Source of the DNA: Eledone cirrhosa
Taxonomy: Eukaryota
Direction: 5' to 3'
DNA length: 64,000 bases
Assembly (NCBI GenBank): GCA_964016885.1
Contig: OZ024742.1
Span: forward strand, 337,094,001 to 337,158,000
The translations under genes and the position numbers were made by a program. Positions within the stretch are counted from its first letter, which is position 1, and each line of letters begins with the position of its first letter. Below the pieces are notes generated by a model. That model saw nothing but the letters and a program-made list of their open reading frames with translations, was not told where the DNA came from and ran no database searches. This document shows, in pieces, positions 39,272-54,279 of this stretch.

Positions 39272-41712
39272 GGAAGCAAGGCGTTCAGAGTATGGTAGAT
39301 GGCAGGTATTCGCTTGGTTGCACATCTCTGAACAGTTTCCAGGCGGTCAATGTTCTGAGCAAGATAGGGGTTCCAGACTAGTGATGCAAATTCTAAGTGT
39401 GGCCGCACCATAGCTATATGCAGCCTTAAATAGATAGAGAGCGGCTGACAAATGTCTTGCTGAGTGCTGCTAAGACAGCCACGGCCTTCTTGACAATTTT
39501 AGAGATGTGCTTTGTCCAATGCAAATCGCTGCTGACAGTAATGCCCAAGTCACGTTCACAAGAAGACTTCTTGATATTAGTGTTGTGGAGGGAGTATGTG
39601 GACGCTGGGATTTTACTCCCAAAATGCATGGTGGTGCACTTGTCCACAGCCAGCTTGAGTTGCCAGTCTGTGATCCATTGTTGCATTGTGTCCAGGTTAG
39701 ATTGCAGGCAAGATCTATAGTGTTCAGGATCTGTCCTTTTTATCTCAAGGTACAGCTTGATGTCATCTGCGTATTTCAGTACTGTGGCATTCTTTAAGTT
39801 GGCATCTATGTCATTAATATATGACGCAAACAAAAGGGGCCAAGAACAGATCCCTGAGGTACACCAGATGACATCTCATATGGTGAGGAATGCTGTCCTA
39901 GAACCGTGACTACCTCTCTTCGACTGAGAATGATGGACTTCAACCAGTTAAAAAGATCATCCTTCACACCGATTGCAGAGAGTTTTCCATAAGTCTTTTG
40001 TGTGGCACAGAATTGAAAGCTTTAGCAAAGTCAAGGTAAACAACATCCACCCATGAGCCGCCATCAGTGATCCGGGTGATGTCTTCAAGAAACTCGATAA
40101 GTTGATCACACCAGCTGGAGTTATGGATAAATCCAAATTGCGAGGGCCGGATAAGACTGTGAGAGTTTCAGAAGTTCCAAAGCGTTTCTCTGACACAGGG
40201 TGCCATCAGTTTGGCAATGCAGCTAGTAAGGATGACTGGGCGATAATTCACAGGTGATGTGCGGTCACCCTTTTTGAACAGAGGAATGACTGACAGTTTT
40301 CTACTGTTCTGGGGGCGCACCATTGTTCAGACAGAATTGGAAGAAGCGTGATAACTGGTGCAGAAGGAAGTACCTACCACGTTTGAGAAGCAGGTACGTA
40401 ACATCATCAAGACACGGAGAGGCATGGTTGCGTTTATTTTTAAGGTGACGTCGCAGCATTGAAGGTGTAAATTCCATAGTTGTAATAGAATCCGATGTCA
40501 GAGGTGGTGGAGACGGTACACTCTGGTCTTCAATAGTGAAAATGCCTGCATAGCATTCAGCAATGAGCTCTACGCATTCCTTGGGGTCGTCAATAACCTG
40601 ACTTGTGTGGGGATTGCGAAGAGGACCAACTGGAGAGTGAGGCCTCTGCTTTGAGTGAACATACTTCCAGAACACCTTACTGTCGGGGATGGTTGCTATG
40701 CGCTGCTTACATTGAATCATTGCCTTTTTTTGTCACCTGTTTGAGATGGTTGGATGATTTATTTCGCTTCTTCCTATTGATATCTGATTTATGCAGTTTG
40801 TACTCACGTTCAGCATTACGACGTTCTTTTCTGGCAAGACGGACTGCTGAAGTCTCCCAAATTGCACGTTTGGGATGTTTTTCTGCTTACGTGGCACCGA
40901 TGCTGCATATGCTGTCCATATTGAGCTTAGGTTGTTATGGAGTACAGTGTTGACATCTCCAGAGTCGTAGAACTCAAGCCAGTTTGGACGTTGCAACTCG
41001 GTGCAGTTACAGTTCCAGTTTGCTTTATTACAGTCAAAGTGAGCAGTTTGGAGATGGTTGTGGTTCTTGTTACTGCCCACGAGGGATAGATTGGCAATGA
41101 CCATAGCATGATCTGAGTCAGCTAAAGGTTCCTCAGTAGTAACACTAATGACCGTTTCAGGAGTAGTGGTGAAGAGTATGTCCAACGTGTTGTCATCTCT
41201 TGTTGGGGAGGTGACTACTTGGGACCAGTTCGAGTCCAGCACTAGCTCAAGGGAGTCATTTGCACTTGGCTGCCAACGAAAGGTTTCCCAGTCAATCTCA
41301 GGGTGATTGAAGTCCCCTGCAATAAAAACATAAGTGGCTATTTTCCTGGTAGCAACTCTGAGGATATCACAAAGCTAAGTGTCCTGATGGTAATTTGGGG
41401 GACGGTAAACGATTCCAAGTAGTAGTGTTGACATGGTCATACGTATATCGCAGAAAAAAACTTCCTGCTGCGATTGGTTCAAATCAACACAAGGAATTGA
41501 GGAAAGATTTGACAGAACGTAGACCATTACACCACCACGACGACGATTAATGCGGTCTTTACGAAACAAGTTGTAGCCAGTTATGCTGAAAACCCCATCA
41601 CAGATTAAGGAATGTGCCCATGTTTCCGTGCCTGTAATGAAGTCAGGGTTGATACTTTTGACGTAGGAGTCAAAAAGATGAATCTTATTGCATAGACTAC
41701 GTGCATTCATGC
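39272..41712 (-). mobile_element. CR1-like LINE fragment, unit 5
   Basis: Near-identical copy of 1787-4228. Confidence 0.92.
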
Positions 41713-44429
41713 ATGGAGATGCAGAAACTGTCTCTTCCCCTCGTCTGTCCAGCCACGGCCGTCTGGCACTCCACCAGATGAGACAGCGAGCTTGCCTGAT
41801 GCCCAAGCCTCGCTGGTCAACATCGCTCGGCTCAGGAGGCTGCGGAAGATTCCGCTCAGGATCCCGAGAGCGGCCTGGGTGCCGGTAGCCGATGCCCTCG
41901 CTTCCTCGATCGAAAGTGCTCTGGACTCCAATCGAGCCTGCTACTGGGAGCTCCTCTTCTATTTCGCCCCACTCGCCCTTGGCCTCCCCAGCTATGGCGC
42001 TGACCAAGGCGACCGGTCGACAGCAGCCTTTGCCAAGGCCAATGTTTCGTCCTTTGGGCAAGCGCCCATTCCAAGAGTGCCGAAGGACGCCATTATCCCT
42101 GCTCCAGGGTGCCTCCACCCCTGAGGCTAGCGCCAAGCGTTTAAGTGACCGCGTAAAAGCTAAACTTATCATGAGTGATGTCAAGGCCGCAGTCAGAATG
42201 GTTGCCTCAGAGGACACTGTCCTCCAACCCACCGAGGAAGTCCTTGCTGCCCTGCGACTCAAGCACCCTGAGCCACCTGCTGACATCCAACCCCTACCCC
42301 TACCCTATCCCCACATGCACCTTGTGGCTTCCGGAGAAGATATCATGTCTGCCATCAAGTCCTTCCCAGCTAGCAGCAGCGGCGTTGCTGATGGTCTCCG
42401 TCCAGACCACCTCAAAGAGTTGCTATCCTCCTTCTCCGCTGAGGCCGGGTGCCGCCTTCTGAGTGCTAGTGTGGCACTTACCAATAGGCTTATCCATGGC
42501 GCCCTGGATCCTTACGCCCGAGGTCTCTTTTTTTCGGCTATCCTGACCGCTCTCAAGAAGAAAGAGTTCAGTCCGGTGCAACTGGGTGTCGGCGTGTCCG
42601 GTGGCTGTGAGGGGGCCGCACATGTAACCAGGCAGTTCTTCAATAGCTGCCCACCGGAACCGACATCCAGGGACTCCGGGCACCTCATTGTCAAGCTTGA
42701 CACGAGGAATGCCTTTAACTGCATACGCCGGGACCATCTGCTTAATGCCTGCCTCAGCCGAGCCCCTGCTGCCTTCCCGCTGGCCTACTTGTCATATGGT
42801 GCCCCGAGCATACTCCTTGCTGCTGATACGGTCATACCTTCGGCCAGTGGGGTCAAACAGGATGACCCTCTGGGTCTCCTCCTGTTTGCTCCATTGCCCG
42901 TAGCATCACGGCTCCTCTCAACGTTTGGTACCTGGATGATGCTACGCTGGGCGGGCACATGGAAATTGTTTGCCATGACCTTCAATCGGTGGTTTCCGCC
43001 CTGGCGGGAATCGGACTCCAGATCAACTCGTCTAAGTCGGAGGTGGTCAATGTCAGCTGTGATGCTGAGAGCTTTGCGGCCTCCGTCTTGGACGTGCGGT
43101 CCATCCTCCACCAGGTACAGGTGACCCCCAAAGAGGATGTCCTCATCATCGGGTCACCGATCCACTCGCCGGCCATCCGCTCCACCATCAGGGCTAGGCG
43201 CCAACAACTCCCCGATCCTCACGAGCCGACTGGGCTTGATCGACGGCTACCCAGCTCTCTTCCTGATGAGGAACTGCTTCGCCATGCTGAAGCTCCTCTA
43301 CACCCATCGCAGCGCTCTGTGGTACAGCCACGCATCTCTCCTCGCTGACCTCGATACTTTGTATCCGAGCGGCTGCTGAAGAGATATGCAGCGTCAGGTT
43401 TGACGACTTTGGATGGCAACAGGCCACTTTACTTGTCAGATTTAGCGGCCTTGGCTTCCGGTCCCCGATCTCGCTGGCTTTGTCGGCGTTTCTTTCATCG
43501 GTAACCTCATGCCGCGTCTCGTGAGCAGGGTTCTCCAAAACACAATAGAACCCTCTGTGTTCAGGGAACGTGAGGTCGCCTGTGAGACGTGGCACAGGCT
43601 GGGGGGACTTAGCCCGGGAGACGTCCCTCCTCCTTCTCCCCCTGCTGACGTCAAGTACCCCCAAAGCGTATGGGATGTCATCTAGTGCAGCCTGGCCTCA
43701 GACACGCTCATGCGCCAGCTCTACCAGCAACTACCTTGCCTGTTTTCGCGCGGCCTCCAAACCCCACAGTGGTACCTGGCTCCATGCCTTGCCCTCCTTC
43801 TCCACTGGCACGCAGCTGGATACGATAGTCTGCGCATCGGCGTTTCCTTGAGGCTTGGACTCAAATGTCACTGTGGATTCACCGTGGACTCTTTCCGACT
43901 CCACCCGCTTTCCTGTCGCCACAGTGCCGGCCGCCTTCCACGCCATGCTACCCTCAACGAGGTCATTAAGCATAGCTTGGACGCTGCAGGCTTCCCCCAC
44001 CCAGCTCGAGCCGGTGGGGCTGGACTGAGGGGATGGCAAAAGGCCAGACGGTATGACCATCTTCCCGTTCCGCGGTGGAAAACCCCTCGTTTGGGATGCC
44101 ACTTGCAACGACACTTTCTCCAGCCGCAACTTGGTGCAGTCTGCGACTAACCCAGGTACTGCTGCAAGTCGTGCTGAAGAAGGCAAACTCTCCAAGTACC
44201 GACAGGTTCGCGGTCGTGCCCTTGGCAGTGGAGACTTCTGGTGTCCTTGGCCCTACAGTTACCTCCCTATTCACCACCAAATAGCGCGGAGCTATCCAGC
44301 CGCAGGTGTGAGCCTCGCGAGTTGGAATGGCTCTTCCAGCGCATCTCCCTTACCATCCTCCGAGGAAACCGCCTTCTCCATCCTGTCTGCCGGGGCTGTG
44401 GGGAGGCCAGCACCTGGGACCCCATTTGC
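41713..44429 (+). mobile_element. CRE-like retrotransposon fragment, unit 5
   Basis: Near-identical copy of 4229-6945. Confidence 0.9.
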
Positions 44430-44517
44430 TTACCATACGGATTAATAGGCAAAGTCCATATTATTATAAAACGAATCGTTATTTATGAAACCATTATTAT
44501 TTCCTTATTTGTTGTTG

Positions 44518-44592
44518 AGATAAAGACTTTCTAGGAAACCAAATAGAAAAGTGAAAGTTTTCCTTGAAACATGGGAGATAACTCAGAGATAA
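44518..44592 (+). promoter_or_regulatory. GATA/GAS/IRF-E cluster, unit 5
   Basis: Same sequence as 7034-7108. Confidence 0.65.
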
Positions 44593-44746
44593 CATCATTA
44601 TTTCTCATTTTAAAACGGAGAATTAATAGCGTACAGAATAATATATCAACAAAGTATAATTGTCAGAAGTAATTACACTCTGTTTATCACTTAGACAAAA
44701 AAAAAAAACACAATAATAAAACGTACTTTATAAAATATATATATAT

Positions 44747-44929
<183 letters not shown>

Positions 44930-45060
44930 TCATCTACCGTGTTTCACGGAAAAAAAGCTATTTACTTTCATATTGGTTTCTTCTTCAGTCTGTACAGACT
45001 TTGCCACACCTACTGTACTAAATCTCGCACCATAATTATTTCTCATTTAATACTTACACC

Positions 45061-45579
45061 ATGCACATCATCGAACTGTCTCCGACTAATATCCGCTTTA
45101 GTCAAGATTCTATCGCAAAATGTTTCAAAGATGGGAGAAAGCTGCAAAATGTTATTTTGGATATAATTAATGGGAAAATCACACCCGACTCCATTCCCAA
45201 GATCGAAGTTTTCTCAAGATATGGAAAATACTACAGTTTAGACAATAGGAGACTTTATGTATTCAAAGCGGTTCAACAACGGTCTAAGCCGGACATGAAG
45301 ATTAAGGTGAAATTAACTACAAAATCTAACGAAAGAAAATTTACGACAAAAAATGATGGTGAAAGTATATATGTAAGAGGTCAAACACAAGAAGAGCCTA
45401 GGCTCGAAGCCTTCAAAGGAAGAATATATACGGACTCACCGCAAATGGTGGCTCAATCGGCCTCAATATTTGACGAATCAGATTTTACATTAATAACTTT
45501 CCCTGTGTCTGATATAAATCCGATAGAATTTATAGAATCGCCTTTAATAACACCGGCGGTATTTATAGACTTGCCTTAA
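45061..45579 (+). CDS. 172-aa ParB/Srx-like protein, copy 5
   Basis: Intact ORF; protein identical to copy 1. Confidence 0.8.
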   Translation: MHIIELSPTNIRFSQDSIAKCFKDGRKLQNVILDIINGKITPDSIPKIEVFSRYGKYYSLDNRRLYVFKAVQQRSKPDMKIKVKLTTKSNERKFTTKNDGESIYVRGQTQEEPRLEAFKGRIYTDSPQMVAQSASIFDESDFTLITFPVSDINPIEFIESPLITPAVFIDLP

Positions 45580-46030
45580 ACAAACCAGAAGGAAATTTTG
45601 GTCGAAAAATTTGCTTCAACTGAGGATTTTTTTACAGGTATATCTATCAATGATTGTATTAAGTTTTAAATATATAGGTAAATAACATTACAAATTGCCC
45701 ACAATTCTTTCACAATTGTTACTGTATTTATTCAAACATTCGTCCCATAATCTTATTTCCTGTTTCTATAATCTTATTTGCTGTTTTTTTTTAAAAACCC
45801 AAAGATTTCGATTTTATTCAATGTTTTAGAACTCCTTCATTTAGACACGCAAACACACACACACACACACACACATGCACGCAACAGTAATAGGAATATA
45901 TAGGAATTAAAACCTGAATATTTACTAATATAGATACATATGTTTATACGTACATCTATCCATCTATACATACATACATGCACACGCACACGCACACTAC
46001 ATACACATACATTCATACATTTATAGATAG

Positions 46031-46063
<33 letters not shown>

Positions 46064-46509
46064 GGCATACGTTAAGACGGGCGTTGCGGAAAGTGAAAGT
46101 AAAATTTTTGACAACAATGTGAATTTTTTTTTTTTTTTTTTTTTACAATGAAAGTTACGATACACACGCAATTGTATGGATTTCTTAATATATATATATG
46201 TGTAGGTGTGTACACTGTGAATTTGTTTGTTTATTTACAACAGGTCTCTATATTGATATGGTGTTAATTAGTATTGCGTGTGTGATTATTTTTTCTTTAG
46301 ATAGACGTTAAACGATGATGATGACACAAACACATATATATATACATACATACACACATATATATACACACCCACACATATATATATATTAAGAAATCCA
46401 TACAATTGCGTGTGTATCGTAACTTTCATTGTAAAAAAACAAACAAACAAATTCACATTGTTGTCAAAAAATTTACTTTCACTTTCCGCAACGCCCGTCT
46501 TAACGTATG

Positions 46510-46574
<65 letters not shown>

Positions 46575-48094
46575 GTACATACATATATGCATGTACATAC
46601 ATTCTGGAGAAAAATAGGATGTGAGGAAAAGAAGGCGGTGGCTGTGGCGGCAGTGTAATTAGAAGCTCAAATGAAGTATTGTTCTCGAGTTACACCAAAA
46701 ACATGCAACCTCAATATGGATACACTGGAGACTGACAGAAAATCTTAGGGTAAGAAAGCACCAGGAAGAGACTTGGTTGTTGGTTACAAGCCCTTAACGG
46801 AGATATAGATACACCAAGCTTGTTGGAGTTTGCAGATACAAAATTGGTCCTAACCACATCTCCCCCAAAACTCACTTGGCAAAAGACTACTAACTGATTG
46901 CATGCCAGAATTGTATCTATAAAATGTATACAGCCTGTCTGAACCGATTCCTCCTGGAATACTGTGACAATAACAATATCATCACAGATGAACAAGCAGT
47001 TGGAAAGAAAGGGATTTGGGGATGTGTTGAGTAGCTCCTGATTAACAAAACTGTGATGTTAGAAGTGTGGCGACATACGAGAAACTTGCTAACCGTCTTG
47101 CTGGATTACACACATGAATACATACGTAATACATACACACACATACATAAATATATACATATAGCGAAAGAAATGTTTTTTGCACGGTGTTTTCTTTTCC
47201 ATTGCGGACACGGCTACCTTTTACCTCGCAGGGAAAGCAATAGATAAGATTGCCCGATGGAAGGATTCACGGCGCCAGGTGTATGAAGAACATTTTCTAC
47301 AGCCATCTGTTATTTATCAGTAAAATAACTAGCAGTCACTATAAATAGGCTGTCGTGTGACCTTAACATCATTCACTCCACTGCCTTTTCGCCTGTACAA
47401 TACAGCCTGTATATATAACGGTTTACTGCTACATTCACTTAGGGTCACTCTGGCCACCACAACTTGTCACTTTTCTTTTAAGGTAAAAAAACCCATGATA
47501 AATAAAAGATTCATGCACAACACTGAAGCTTTACCGAACACTATATTTATTTGTGAACACTATAATCAAACATATTTACGATTCGAAGTAATCATATTTT
47601 ATTTCTTTTTGTTGAATTGAAGTAAAGATAATATATTAAACCAGAATTGTTGGTATTTGTTGTGTTCGTAATTTCTCCTCTACCCCACCTCCTCCTCTCC
47701 ATGTAAAATTTGTCCAGTGATTCTTTCCTGAGACATTTTAACCACATGCCCATAATATTGGAGCTGTGATCTCTCAATTCGGAGAAGTAGCAACTCTACC
47801 TGGAGTGACTCTCTGATCTCCGAGTAACGTTACTCCAAAGACTCTTTGGAAGAATCCCATTTCAGCTGCTTGTATTCGCGATCGTATTCTTTCGGTCATT
47901 ACCCAAGATTCATGACCATAGGTAAATGTTGGCACTAATACAATATTGAAGATAGCGAGTTTGGCTATCTCCCTTCTGATTACTGAATGCTGGCACATTA
48001 CTGCACTAACTCCTGCAATTCTGGCACGTAATTCAGCCTCCTGCCTTCCATCACTTGTGAATGTGGCCCCGAGATACTTTAACTTCTCTACCTG

Positions 48095-50535
48095 GGAAGC
48101 AAGGCGTTCAGAGTATGGTAGATGGCAGGTATTCGCTTGGTTGCACATCTCTGAACAGTTTCCAGGCGGTCAATGTTCTGAGCAAGATAGGGGTTCCAGA
48201 CTAGTGATGCAAATTCTAAGTGTGGCCGCACCATAGCTATATGCAGCCTTAAATAGATAGAGAGCGGCTGACAAATGTCTTGCTGAGTGCTGCTAAGACA
48301 CCCTCGGCCTTCTTGACAATTTTAGAGATGTGCTTTGTCCAATGCAAATCGCTGCTGACAGTAATGCCCAGGTCACGTTCACAAGAAGACTTCTTGATAT
48401 TAGTGTTGTGGAGGGAGTATGTGGACGCTGGGATTTTACTCCCAAAATGCATGGTGGTGCACTTGTCCACAGCCAGCTTGAGTTGCCAGTCTGTGATCCA
48501 TTGTTGCATTGTGTCCAGGTTAGATTGCAGGCAAGATCTATAGTGTTCAGGATCTGTCCTTTTTATCTCAAAGTACAGCTTGATGTCATCTGCGTATTTC
48601 AGTACTGTGGCATTATTTAAGTTGGCATCTATGTCATTAATATATGACACAAACAAAAGGGGCCAAGAACAGATCCCTGAGGTACACCAGATGACATCTC
48701 ATATGGTGAGGAATGCTGTCCTAGAACCGTGACTACCTCTCTTCGACTGAGAATGATGGACTTCAACCAGTTAAAAAGATCATCCTTCACACCGATTGCA
48801 GAGAGTTTTCCATAAGTCTTTTGTGTGGCACAGAATTGAAAGCTTTAGCAAAGTCAAGGTAAACAACATCCACCCATGAGCCGCCATCAGTGATCCGGGT
48901 GATGTCTTCAAGAAACTCGATAAGTTGATCACACCAGCTGGAGTTATGGATAAATCCAAATTGCGAGGGCCGGATAAGACTGTGAGAGTTTCAGAAGTTC
49001 CAAAGCGTTTCTCTGACACAGGGTGCCATCAGTTTGGCAATGCAGCTAGTAAGGATGACTGGGCGATAATTCACAGGTGATGTGCGGTCACCCTTTTTGA
49101 ACAGAGGAATGACTGACAGTTTTCTACTGTTCTGGGGGCGCACCATTGTTCAGACAGAATTGGAAGAAGCGTGATAACTGGTGCAGAAGGAAGTACCTAC
49201 CACGTTTGAGAAGCAGGTACGTAACATCATCAAGACACGGAGAGGCATGGTTGCGTTTATTTTTAAGGTGACGTCGCAGCATTGAAGGTGTAAATTCCAT
49301 AGTTGTAATAGAATCCGATGTCAGAGGTGGTGGAGACGGTACACTCTGGTCTTCAATAGTGAAAATGCCTGCATAGCATTCAGCAATGAGCTCTACGCAT
49401 TCCTTGGGGTCGTCAATAACCTGACTTGTGTGGGGATTGCGAAGAGGACCAACTGGAGAGTGAGGCCTCTGCTTTGAGTGAACATACTTCCAGAACACCT
49501 TACTGTCGGGGATGGTTGCTATGCGCTGCTCACATTGAATCATTGCCTTTTTTTGTCACCTGTTTGAGATGGTTGGATGATTTATTTCGCTTCTTCCTAT
49601 TGATATCTGATTTATGCAGTTTGTACTCACGTTCAGCATTACGACGTTCTTTTCTGGCAAGACGGACTGCTGAAGTCTCCCAAATTGCACGTTTGGGATG
49701 TTTTTCTGCTTACGTGGCACCGATGCTGCATATGCTGTCCATATTGAGCTTAGGTTGTTATGGAGTACAGTGTTGACATCTCCAGAGTCGTAGAACTCAA
49801 GCCAGTTTGGACGTTGCAACTCGGTGCAGTTACAGTTCCAGTTTGCTTTATTACAGTCAAAGTGAGCAGTTTGGAGATGGTTGTGGTTCTTGTTACTGCC
49901 CACGAGGGATAGATTGGCAATGACCATAGCATGATCTGAGTCAGCTAAAGGTTCCTCAGTAGTAACACTAATGACCGTTTCAGGAGTAGTGGTGAAGAGT
50001 ATGTCCAACGTGTTGTCATCTCTTGTTGGGGAGGTGACTACTTGGGACCAGTTCGAGTCCAGCACTAGCTCAAGGGAGTCATTTGCACTTGGCTGCCAAC
50101 GAAAGGTTTCCCAGTCAATCTCAGGGTGATTGAAGTCCCCTGCAATAAAAACATAAGTGGCTATTTTCCTGGTAGCAACTCTGAGGATATCACAAAGCTA
50201 AGTGTCCTGATGGTAATTTGGGGGACGGTAAACGATTCCAAGTAGTAGTGTTGACATGGTCATACGTATATCGCAGAAAAAAACTTCCTGCTGCGATTGG
50301 TTCAAATCAACACAAGGAATTGAGGAAAGATTTGACAGAACGTAGACCATTACACCACCACGACGACGATTAATGCGGTCTTTACGAAACAAGTTGTAGC
50401 CAGTTATGCTGAAAACCCCATCACAGATTAAGGAATGTGCCCATGTTTCCGTGCCTGTAATGAAGTCAGGGTTGATACTTTTGACGTAGGAGTCAAAAAG
50501 ATGAATCTTATTGCATAGACTACGTGCATTCATGC
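48095..50535 (-). mobile_element. CR1-like LINE fragment, unit 6
   Basis: Near-identical copy of 1787-4228, carrying the KKAEGVL variant. Confidence 0.92.
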
Positions 50536-53252
50536 ATGGAGATGCAGAAACTGTCTCTTCCCCTCGTCTGTCCAGCCACGGCCGTCTGGCACTCCACCAG
50601 ATGAGACAGCGAGCTTGCCTGATGCCCAAGCCTCGCTGGTCAACATCGCTCGGCTCAGGAGGCTGCGGAAGATTCCGCTCAGGATCCCGAGAGCGGCCTG
50701 GGTGCCGGTAGCCGATGCCCTCGCTTCCTCGATCGAAAGTGCTCTGGACTCCAATCGAGCCTGCTACTGGGAGCTCCTCTTCTATTTCGCCCCACTCGCC
50801 CTTGGCCTCCCCAGCTATGGCGCTGACCAAGGCGACCGGTCGACAGCAGCCTTTGCCAAGGCCAATGTTTCGTCCTTTGGGCAAGCGCCCATTCCAAGAG
50901 TGCCGAAGGACGCCATTATCCCTGCTCCAGGGTGCCTCCACCCCTGAGGCTAGCGCCAAGCGTTTAAGTGACCGCGTAAAAGCTAAACTTATCATGAGTG
51001 ATGTCAAGGCCGCAGTCAGAATGGTTGCCTCAGAGGACACTGTCCTCCAACCCACCGAGGAGGTCCTTGCTGCCCTGCGACTCAAGCACCCTGAGCCACC
51101 TGCTGACATCCAACCCCTACCCCTACCCTATCCCCACATGCACCTTGTGGCTTCCGGAGCAGATATCATGTCTGCCATCAAGTCCTTCCCAGCTAGCAGC
51201 AGCGGCGTTGCTGATGGTCTCCGTCCAGACCACCTCAAAGAGTTGCTATCCTCCTTCTCCGCTGAGGCCGGGTGCCGCCTTCTGAGTGCTAGTGTGGCAC
51301 TTACCAATAGGCTTATCCATGGCGCCCTGGATCCTTACGCCCGAGGTCTCTTTTTTTCGGCTATCCTGACCGCTCTCAAGAAGAAAGAGTTCAGTCCGGT
51401 GCAACTGGGTGTCGGCGTGTCCGGTGGCTGTGAGGGGGCCGCACATGTAACCAGGCAGTTCTTCAATAGCTGCCCACCGGAACCGACATCCAGGGACTCC
51501 GGGCACCTCATTGTCAAGCTTGACACGAGGAATGCCTTTAACTGCATACGCCGGGACCATCTGCTTAATGCCTGCCTCAGCCGAGCCCCTGCTGCCTTCC
51601 CGCTGGCCTACTTGTCATATGGTGCCCCGAGCATACTCCTTGCTGCTGATACGGTCATACCTTCGGCCAGTGGGGTCAAACAGGATGACCCTCTGGGTCT
51701 CCTCCTGTTTGCTCCATTGCCCGTAGCATCACGGCTCCTCTCAACGTTTGGTACCTGGATGATGCTACGCTGGGCGGGCACATGGAAATTGTTTGCCATG
51801 ACCTTCAATCGGTGGTTTCCGCCCTGGCGGGAATCGGACTCCAGATCAACTCGTCTAAGTCGGAGGTGGTCAATGTCAGCTGTGATGCTGAGAGCTTTGC
51901 GGCCTCCGTCTTGGACGTGCGGTCCATCCTCCACCAGGTACAGGTGACCCCCAAAGAGGATGTCCTCATCATCGGGTCACCGATCCACTCGCCGGCCATC
52001 CGCTCCACCATCAGGGCTAGGCGCCAACAACTCCCCGATCCTCACGAGCCGACTGGGCTTGATCGACGGCTACCCAGCTCTCTTCCTGATGAGGAACTGC
52101 TTCGCCATGCTGAAGCTCCTCTACACCCATCGCAGCGCTCTGTGGTACAGCCACGCATCTCTCCTCGCTGACCTCGATACTTTGTATCCGAGCGGCTGCT
52201 GAAGAGATATGCAGCGTCAGGTTTGACGACTTTGGATGGCAACAGGCCACTTTACTTGTCAGATTTAGCGGCCTTGGCTTCCGGTCCCCGATCTCGCTGG
52301 CTTTGTCGGCGTTTCTTTCATCGGTAACCTCATGCCGCGTCTCGTGAGCAGGGTTCTCCAAAACACAATAGAACCCTCTGTGTTCAGGGAACGTGAGGTC
52401 GCCTGTGAGACGTGGCACAGGCTGGGGGGACTTAGCCCGGGAGACGTCCCTCCTCCTTCTCCCCCTGCTGACGTCAAGTACCCCCAAAGCGTATGGGATG
52501 TCATCTAGTGCAGCCTGGCCTCAGACACGCTCATGCGCCAGCTCTACCAGCAACTACCTTGCCTGTTTTCGCGCGGCCTCCAAACCCCACAGTGGTACCT
52601 GGCTCCATGCCTTGCCCTCCTTCTCCACTGGCACGCAGCTGGATACGATAGTCTGCGCATCGGCGTTTCCTTGAGGCTTGGACTCAAATGTCACTGTGGA
52701 TTCACCGTGGACTCTTTCCGACTCCACCCGCTTTCCTGTCGCCACAGTGCCGGCCGCCTTCCACGCCATGCTACCCTCAACGAGGTCATTAAGCATAGCT
52801 TGGACGCTGCAGGCTTCCCCCACCCAGCTCGAGCCGGTGGGGCTGGACTGAGGGGATGGCAAAAGGCCAGACGGTATGACCATCTTCCCGTTCCGCGGTG
52901 GAAAACCCCTCGTTTGGGATGCCACTTGCAACGACACTTTCTCCAGCCGCAACTTGGTGCAGTCTGCGACTAACCCAGGTACTGCTGCAAGTCGTGCTGA
53001 AGAAGGCAAACTCTCCAAGTACCGACAGGTTCGCGGTCGTGCCCTTGGCAGTGGAGACTTCTGGTGTCCTTGGCCCTACAGTTACCTCCCTATTCACCAC
53101 CAAATAGCGCGGAGCTATCCAGCCGCAGGTGTGAGCCTCGCGAGTTGGAATGGCTCTTCCAGCGCATCTCCCTTACCATCCTCCGAGGAAACCGCCTTCT
53201 CCATCCTGTCTGCCGGGGCTGTGGGGAGGCCAGCACCTGGGACCCCATTTGC
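50536..53252 (+). mobile_element. CRE-like retrotransposon fragment, unit 6
   Basis: Near-identical copy of 4229-6945. Confidence 0.9.
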
Positions 53253-53340
53253 TTACCATACGGATTAATAGGCAAAGTCCATATTATTATAAAACGAATC
53301 GTTATTTATGAAACCATTATTATTTCCTTATTTGTTGTTG

Positions 53341-53415
53341 AGATAAAGACTTTCTAGGAAACCAAATAGAAAAGTGAAAGTTTTCCTTGAAACATGGGAG
53401 ATAACTCAGAGATAA
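53341..53415 (+). promoter_or_regulatory. GATA/GAS/IRF-E cluster, unit 6
   Basis: Same sequence as 7034-7108. Confidence 0.65.
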
Positions 53416-53554
53416 CATCATTATTTCTCATTTTAAAACGGAGAATTAATAGCGTACAGAATAATATATCAACAAAGTATAATTGTCAGAAGTAATTACA
53501 CTCTGTTTATCACTTAGACAAAAAAAAAAAACACAATAATAAAACGTACTTTAT

Positions 53555-53610
<56 letters not shown>

Positions 53611-53760
53611 CATATATATATATATTTATATATATGAGTCATCTACCGTGTTTCACGGAAAAAAAGCTATTTACTTTCATTTTGGTTTCTTCTTCAGACT
53701 GTGCCACACCTACTGTACTAAATCTCGCACCATAATTATTTCTCATTTAATACTTACACC

Positions 53761-54279
53761 ATGGACATCATCGAACTGTCTCCGACTAATATCCGCTTTA
53801 GTCAAGATTCTATCGCAAAATGTTTCAAAGATGGGAGAAAGCTGGAAAATGTTATTTTGGATATAATTAATGGGAAAATCACACCCGACTCCATTCCCAA
53901 GATCGAAGTTTTCTCAAGATATGGAAAATACTACAGTTTAGACAATAGGAGACTTTATGTATTCAAAGCGGTTCAACAACGGTCTAAGCCGGACATGAAG
54001 ATTAAGGTGAAATTAACTAAAAAATCTAACAAAGGAAAATTTACGACAAAAAATGATGGTGAAAGTATATATGTAAGAGGTCAAACACAAGAAGAGCCTA
54101 GGCTCGAAGCCTGCCAAGGAAGAATATATACGGACTCACCGCAAATGGTGGCTCAATCGGCCTCAATACCTGACGAATCAGATTTTACATTAATAACTTT
54201 CCCTGTGTCTGATATAAATCCGATAGAATTTATAGAATCGCCTTTAATAACACCGGCGGTATTTATAGACTTGCCTTAA
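53761..54279 (+). CDS. 172-aa ParB/Srx-like protein, copy 6 (divergent terminal copy)
   Basis: Intact ORF with strong start context ACCATGG. Differs from copy 1 by H2D, Q29E, T87K, E91K, R92G, F118C, K119Q and F137P. Core motifs unchanged. Confidence 0.82.
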   Translation: MDIIELSPTNIRFSQDSIAKCFKDGRKLENVILDIINGKITPDSIPKIEVFSRYGKYYSLDNRRLYVFKAVQQRSKPDMKIKVKLTKKSNKGKFTTKNDGESIYVRGQTQEEPRLEACQGRIYTDSPQMVAQSASIPDESDFTLITFPVSDINPIEFIESPLITPAVFIDLP

